13,618 nt of DNA from Octopus sinensis (taxonomy: Eukaryota), in the NCBI RefSeq assembly GCF_006345805.1, contig NW_021826084.1, positions 1-13,618 on the forward strand, written 5' to 3'. A program made the position numbers and the translations under genes. Every line of letters starts with the position of its first letter. The first letter of the stretch is position 1. This document shows positions 8,600 through 13,618 of the stretch, in pieces. The notes below the pieces were generated by a model. That model searched no databases, was not told the DNA's origin, and saw only the letters and a list, made by a program, of their open reading frames with translations.

Positions 8600-8745
8600 A
8601 TTAAAAAAAACAAGCACCATTCTCTTCCCAATTCAATTCCAGATTTTTTCAACTAACTCACACATACATGTACATGAAAGGTATAAATTTTCCTGTACCA
8701 AAAATCATTCTTGATGAACCAAGATGAAAGCGCCAAATAAGTAAC
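8600..8745 (+). repeat. Partial direct repeat of 7887-8025, containing a third degenerate hammerhead-like motif (8707-8738)
   Basis: attctcttcccaatt..ccagattttttcaactaac occurs at both 7906 and 8619. The motif reads ATTC-TTGATGA-accaagat-GAAA-gcgcc-AAAT. Confidence 0.8.
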
Positions 8746-8809
8746 TATCTAAAATTTTGACTGTCGACTTTTTCATAATATATACCTGTACACCACTTGA
8801 AATAACCTA

Positions 8810-8922
8810 TACGTACGTACATACATACATACATACATACATACATACATACATACATACATACATACATACATACATACATAAATGCATGCATACATAC
8901 AAAGATACATGTGTGTGTGTGT
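8810..8922. repeat. (TACA)n microsatellite plus a short (TG)n
   Basis: Read directly. Confidence 0.96.
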
Positions 8923-9363
8923 ACATATACACAATCTGAGAATGCACTCACAAATACTTATTTCTGGTAATGGTCTAACACTCTTTACCTAGTACATTAT
9001 AAGCAGTCCTTTTCGGGTGATATTCCAGTTTACAGATATATATGACACCTGACTAGGAACAAAGTTTCCCGAAGCGCACTTTCAAAGACTCGACAATAGT
9101 AAACGTGTCTTATTCCAGAGCATTACTCTGGAATATGTCAATTATAAATATCATACAGCGTATCCTACAGAAAAGCTTCAAGCTGATTGTCAAAGGCTCA
9201 ATAACGCACTGCAACCAATAACCACGCACACGTACTATTTCTTATCTTTGCCCTTTCTATGCCTATTACAATGATGTCCATTCTTTACGAGTATTCTGCA
9301 CACAATCTCTGAACCACATGACACAGCTGCCTCCTCACATCATATAATTCGTAGTGTAAGACT

Positions 9364-9365
9364 TC

Positions 9366-9396
<31 letters not shown>

Positions 9397-9462
9397 TCTA
9401 TTTCTTTCTCCTTCTCTATATCTTTCTCTTTCTCTATCTTTCTCCTTCTCTATCTCTCTCTC
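9364..9462. repeat. Degenerate (CT)n polypyrimidine tract
   Basis: Read directly. Confidence 0.92.
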
Positions 9463-9632
9463 AACAATGAGTCAGCATCAACACCGTCCCATTTCTCCTT
9501 CATGAGAATGAACAGTTCAACAAGTGACTTCTTCTAAACGATTAAGTTATAATCAACAAATATCGGTTGACTTAGACTACGGTAGGCTTAAGCCAGAATA
9601 AACCGGTATAGACAACGCTGATGCACTCTGTT

Positions 9633-9735
9633 AAGTTAAAATTGGTGAAATTTGAACTAAAAATATAAAAAGACGGACAAAATGCTGCCAAGCATTTTGT
9701 CCGGCGTGTTAACGATTCTGCCAGCTCACCGCCAT
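9633..9735 (-). mobile_element. SINE family A, 5' head only (copy 4)
   Basis: Minus strand: atggcggtgagctggcagaatcgttaacacgccggacaaaatgcttggcagcattttgtccgtc...agttcaaatttc. Confidence 0.85.
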
Positions 9736-10064
9736 TTTTAATAAAAACTATAATCTCTAACATGTGTATTGAAAATGTTTCACATCAAAGCAGATACTAA
9801 CGGATAGACATAAACTTTAAATCGTAGTTATTCAGTAAGGACAATTAGGATTTCAAGATTAAAATTCTTTGTTCATTGGACAAATAATTTTTTTCCATGA
9901 TCACCCTATATTCATCCTTACTATTATATGAAAATGAGATAATAAAGGATTAAACGATTATCGTTTATTTTTACGTTTACCATGAAATGGTCTTTTTCAT
10001 GCCGTATTCTACTTGGTGAAATTACTGATTACTTCTTAATTAATTAATTTTACCCTTTGTTGTT

Positions 10065-10079
10065 ATATATATAATATAC

Positions 10080-10112
<33 letters not shown>

Positions 10113-10113
10113 T

Positions 10114-10148
<35 letters not shown>

Positions 10149-10316
10149 CAATACATACATACATACATACATATGTACAAACACGCACAGACACACATAT
10201 ATACATACAAACACACACACATATGTATATTTATGTGTTATATATGTATATATATTATATATATATATGTGTGTGTGTATGTATATATATATATGCAGAA
10301 ACAAAGAGAGAGAGAG
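10065..10316. repeat. Compound (GATA)n/(TACA)n/(CA)n/(TA)n/(GA)n microsatellite
   Basis: Read directly. Confidence 0.95.
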
Positions 10317-10611
10317 GTAGTTAGTTATGGCTGGTTTATAGGTTATCCAGGGTCTCGCGTCCATAAGACGTTTTGCTTTACAGGGTCTCACCAGGCTCTA
10401 ATGGGTGGTGGATTATAACCTCTCTCCTACACACCGAGCCCTAACATCTGCTGAAGGAAGCGCCGTCAAAATATGAAAGTCATATTGACAAAAAGGACAT
10501 TGGTCGAAAGAAATTCATAAAAACCGTATTCATAGATAAAAAACCTTATAAAATGAAGCATATTTTCCGGTTCTTTTCAGGTACACTGTGTAACAAATTT
10601 TTATTTATTTA

Positions 10612-11044
10612 TTTTGTCTTTGGTGCGTAAGTGTTATTTCTTCTTTGCTTCTAGCTAGAAATCAAAGGAAATGACTACCATTCCCTTCAAACTTTGCTTT
10701 TCTGATCTGGACATCAATGTTTTGAAAATGACCAATTTTCCATTACATTTGAGACAGATTCAGCACTAAGTTGCTGAAGCAGCAAATATTCTGCTCAATT
10801 CCACAGATTTGCTAGTCAGTCGCTTGACGTTAACCACTTGAGCATGTCCCTTAGTGGCAGATAATAAGTGCATCTCTAATCATGAAGAGGACTAGTGAGG
10901 GAGCATCATAGCCATGTGTTGAGAGGGATTCTTTGGGGTTTGAATAAAAGTAACAAAAGCAAAGTTTGAAGGGAATATTAGCCATTGTTCAGACTTTCTA
11001 GGGATAAGCAAAAACGAAGTAACAGTTGGTAGCCAAGGACAAAA
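10612..11044. mobile_element. MITE-like element with 90-bp imperfect inverted arms
   Basis: 10612-10701 pairs ungapped with 10955-11044 (66/90 by hand count). The innermost 22 bp are perfect: attcccttcaaactttgctttt / aaaagcaaagtttgaagggaat. No clear target-site duplication (TSD). Confidence 0.7.
10780..10947 (+). repeat. Inverted homolog of family D segment 2194-2361
   Basis: cagcaaatattctgctcaattccacagatttgct...gagggattctttggggtttgaataa aligns with the reverse complement of 2194-2361. Confidence 0.85.
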
Positions 11045-11230
11045 ATGGTGATATACAGTTATCTGTGCACCGGAGCGTTGACTACTATTTCTAACTGTTC
11101 GGTGAACTGCTTAGAGACTCCTTCGTTGGCTCGTGGCTTGATTGAGATAGAGTGTTGGGAAAAAGAAATAAGTCGCAATTTACATAGCTTCCATTACTAA
11201 CTTGATCACTATTTTAATCCATTCTTTTCC

Positions 11231-11251
11231 TATATATATATATATATATAT
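11231..11251. repeat. (TA)n microsatellite
   Basis: Read directly. Confidence 0.9.
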
Positions 11252-11957
11252 TAATGGAAAGTCTTAAATTTTTATGTTTCAGTATCAGAGACTCATAGAC
11301 TACAATTTTGCTCTCTGTTTCACATCTTTAGAAACATCATAAAGAGTACTTACAAATAATTAAATAAAAAATAAATTTTAAAAAGTTTTTTAAAATTTCA
11401 GTCCTCTGTTTTATAAATGTATTTATGCATTAATTCAATTGGTAAAGAATACGATTATCTTAAATTTTTTTAGTTTTCAAAAAAAGTCTATTTAATAAGT
11501 ATTAGTGTTACAATGTTTCGTTTTGGAAAATCTAAAATGCATCTATTAAGAATGGCAATGTAATTACAAACACAATTATAATATATTTATATATTTCAAA
11601 TGCGAACAAAAAATATATATATATAAAACACATAATTTTCTTGACATTCGTAAGCGAACATACATGAAAAAGAAATAGAAAGCAGCTGTAGATACTCCAA
11701 TTTTGATAAATTTTTGATTAAAAAGATAAAATTGATAGTTAAAAACATTTTTTTTTTAAGATTTAAAGCTATTGAAACGATAGAAAATTTAAGATCTCTT
11801 TTTTCTTTTTTTTTTTAAGCGGGTCCCATAAATTTGAGGGTTAAAACTTTAACATTTAAACAAGTAAGTCGTACCGAAGCAAAACTGGAACTATTACACG
11901 CAGAATTCCAATATAGTTCCTCACTCATTTCTTTGCACAATAATATTTTGAAGAAAT

Positions 11958-12185
11958 AAGGTGATGAGCTGGTAGAATCGTTAGCACACCAAGCAAAATG
12001 TTTAGCAACATTTTCCCGTCATCATGTTCTGAGTACAAATTCCGCCGAGGTGGACTTTGCCTTTCATGCTTTCGGTATCGATAAATTATTTCGATAAAGT
12101 ACCAGTTGAGCATTAGGGTCGATATAATCGATTCATCCTTCCTGCGATCTTGCTGGCCTTGTGCCGAAATTTGAAATCAATATTG
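11958..12185 (+). mobile_element. SINE family A copy 5, with an alternative 3' tail
   Basis: gagctggtagaatcgttagcac...gagtacaaattccgccgaggtggactttgcctttcat...ggccttgtgccgaaatttgaaatcaatatt. Confidence 0.9.
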
Positions 12186-12224
12186 CGAAAACATTCGGCT
12201 TTTCTTCAGCTAATGTTCCAAGGC

Positions 12225-12281
12225 CTCTCTCTCTCTCTCTCTCCCTCTCCCCCATCTCTCTCTCTCTCACTCTCCCCTCTC
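12225..12281. repeat. Degenerate (CT)n tract
   Basis: Read directly. Confidence 0.92.
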
Positions 12282-12294
12282 GTTAGGTTTAACT

Positions 12295-13130
12295 GTGTGG
12301 TTTACCTACGACAGTTGCATGAAGAATAAAGAATCTGTCACAGCAGTTCAGCGTGAGTTTCGGCACCACTTCAACAATCAAGCTGTTCCCACCCGTAACA
12401 CAATCTTACGTTGGCTGAATGCACTTCATATACGAGGTTCACAAATGAATAGGAGACCAGTGGGGGCGCCATGGACGGTACGGATCCCGGAAAATGTGGA
12501 ACGCGTCAGACAAACTTTGATACAGAGTTCGAATCGCTCTGGTCGGAAGCATTCCACTGAACTTTGCATCGGTAATCGATCAGTAAGGCGCATTTTGCAT
12601 GAAGACCTGCAAGTCCACCCGTACAAATTAGTCTTTGGACAACAGCTAAAACCATTGGGCTATGCACAGCGGCTTAACTTCGCACCTCAGATAGAAACAA
12701 TTTTTGAGGTAAATGACAACCTCATTTTGTTAATGACTGATGAAGCTCAATTTCATATCAATGGCATAGTGAATCAACAGAACTGTCGTTATTGGGCTCT
12801 TGAAAATCCGACAGAATTGCACGAAAAACCACTGCACAACCCAAAAGTGACGGTCTGGAAAAGCTGCCGTCATTCATTGGTCCTTAATTTTTTGAAGACA
12901 ATAATGGAAATGTTGTTACTGTTAACTCCGAGATGATAAACAACTTTGTGTCTGAATTACGACGAAAACGTATGCCTATTCGACGTGAATGGTTTCAGCA
13001 GGATGGGGTGACGTCCCACAAAGCCAGAGCATCAAAGAACGTTCTTCGCCCGCTCTTCAGAGACCTCCTCCTTTCCAGGTTTGCTGGCAATCCTTGGCTC
13101 CCTCGGTCGTCTCATTTGTCCATCACTTGA
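12295..13130 (+). pseudogene. Tc1/mariner-superfamily transposase pseudogene with DD41D spacing (rosa-type)
   Basis: N-terminal HTH (SVTAVQREFRHHF..PTRNTILRW), MTDEAQFHINGIVNQQNCRYW (D1 at 12739), KVTVW, frameshifted IGP*FFED..VTVNSE, WFQQDGVTSH (D2 at 13002), WLPRSSHLSIT*. Frameshifts and stops are present, both ends are truncated, and no TIRs were found. Confidence 0.93.
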
Positions 13131-13132
13131 GA

Positions 13133-13397
13133 ACCAGCATCGGTTTTCAAGCGATGGCGGAGAGGGGGGATCAAACAGACACACGCACATAAATACACAC
13201 ACACACCACACACACACACACACATATATATACAGCAGGCATCTTTCAGTTTCCATCAAACAAATCTACTCACAAGGCTTTGATCGGCCTGATGCTTATA
13301 GTAGAAGTCATTTGGTCAAGGTGCCACGCAGTGAGACTGAACCCAGAACTATGTGGTTGAGAAGCAAGTTTCTTACCACACAGACATGCCTGCACCT
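13133..13397 (-). mobile_element. SINE family B copy 2, missing its 3' part
   Basis: accagcatcggttttcaagcgatg...(CA)n(TA)n...tttcagtttccatcaaacaaatctactcacaaggc...cttaccacacag aligns with 6882-7161. Confidence 0.9.
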
Positions 13398-13502
13398 ATA
13401 AAAGTATAGTCGCACATCGTCCCATACATATCTACTTTAATGTTGAGACAGCTTGTATATGCCAAGCAGTTTTCTTTATCGTTTACAATTTACTTGTTTC
13501 AC

Positions 13503-13606
13503 ATGGCGGTGAGCAGGCCGGGCAAAATGCTTAGTGTCATTTCGATCGTTTTTACGTTCTATGTTCAAATTCTGTCGACTTTACCTTTCAACCTTTCGGA
13601 GCCGAT
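13503..13606 (+). mobile_element. SINE family A copy 6, internally deleted and degenerate
   Basis: catggcggtgagc..ccgggcaaaatgcttagtgtcatttcg..tttacgttctatgttcaaattc..gtcgactttacctttcaacctttcgg. Confidence 0.8.
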
Positions 13607-13618
13607 AGGACACGCACC

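Noticed and set aside
10450-10491. Hammerhead-like ctgaagg...gaaagtcatattgac
   Set aside because: The core is non-canonical, there is no UH or stem I, and the sequence folds better as a plain aatatg/catatt hairpin.
11250-11830. Very AT-rich 600-bp stretch as a MITE or regulatory region
   Set aside because: I found no terminal repeats, internal homology or motifs.

Overview
Eukaryotic, AT-rich, repeat-dominated DNA with no supportable host gene. The SINE families match my recollection of octopus/cephalopod repeats (an inference, not a database result). Every long ORF in the track is either translated microsatellite or a broken transposon frame. Main content: (1) a compound GAT/GGT microsatellite (139-700); (2) a nest of elements separated by (TAA)n/(TTA)n tracts (1881-4820), holding two different 5'-truncated R4/Dong-like restriction-endonuclease (RLE) non-LTR retrotransposons, an unclassified 556-bp repeat and tRNA-derived SINEs; (3) a decayed Penelope-like element (PLE) with a GIY-YIG remnant (-), an RT-like remnant (+), large inverted pseudo-LTR arms (4869-6191 / 7723-8598) and three degenerate hammerhead-ribozyme-like motifs; (4) a MITE-like element with 90-bp imperfect inverted arms (10612-11044); (5) a DD41D-spaced (rosa-type) Tc1/mariner transposase pseudogene (12295-13130); (6) six copies or fragments of SINE family A and two of SINE family B, which share a conserved GTCGAT-NNN-ATCGAC hairpin.
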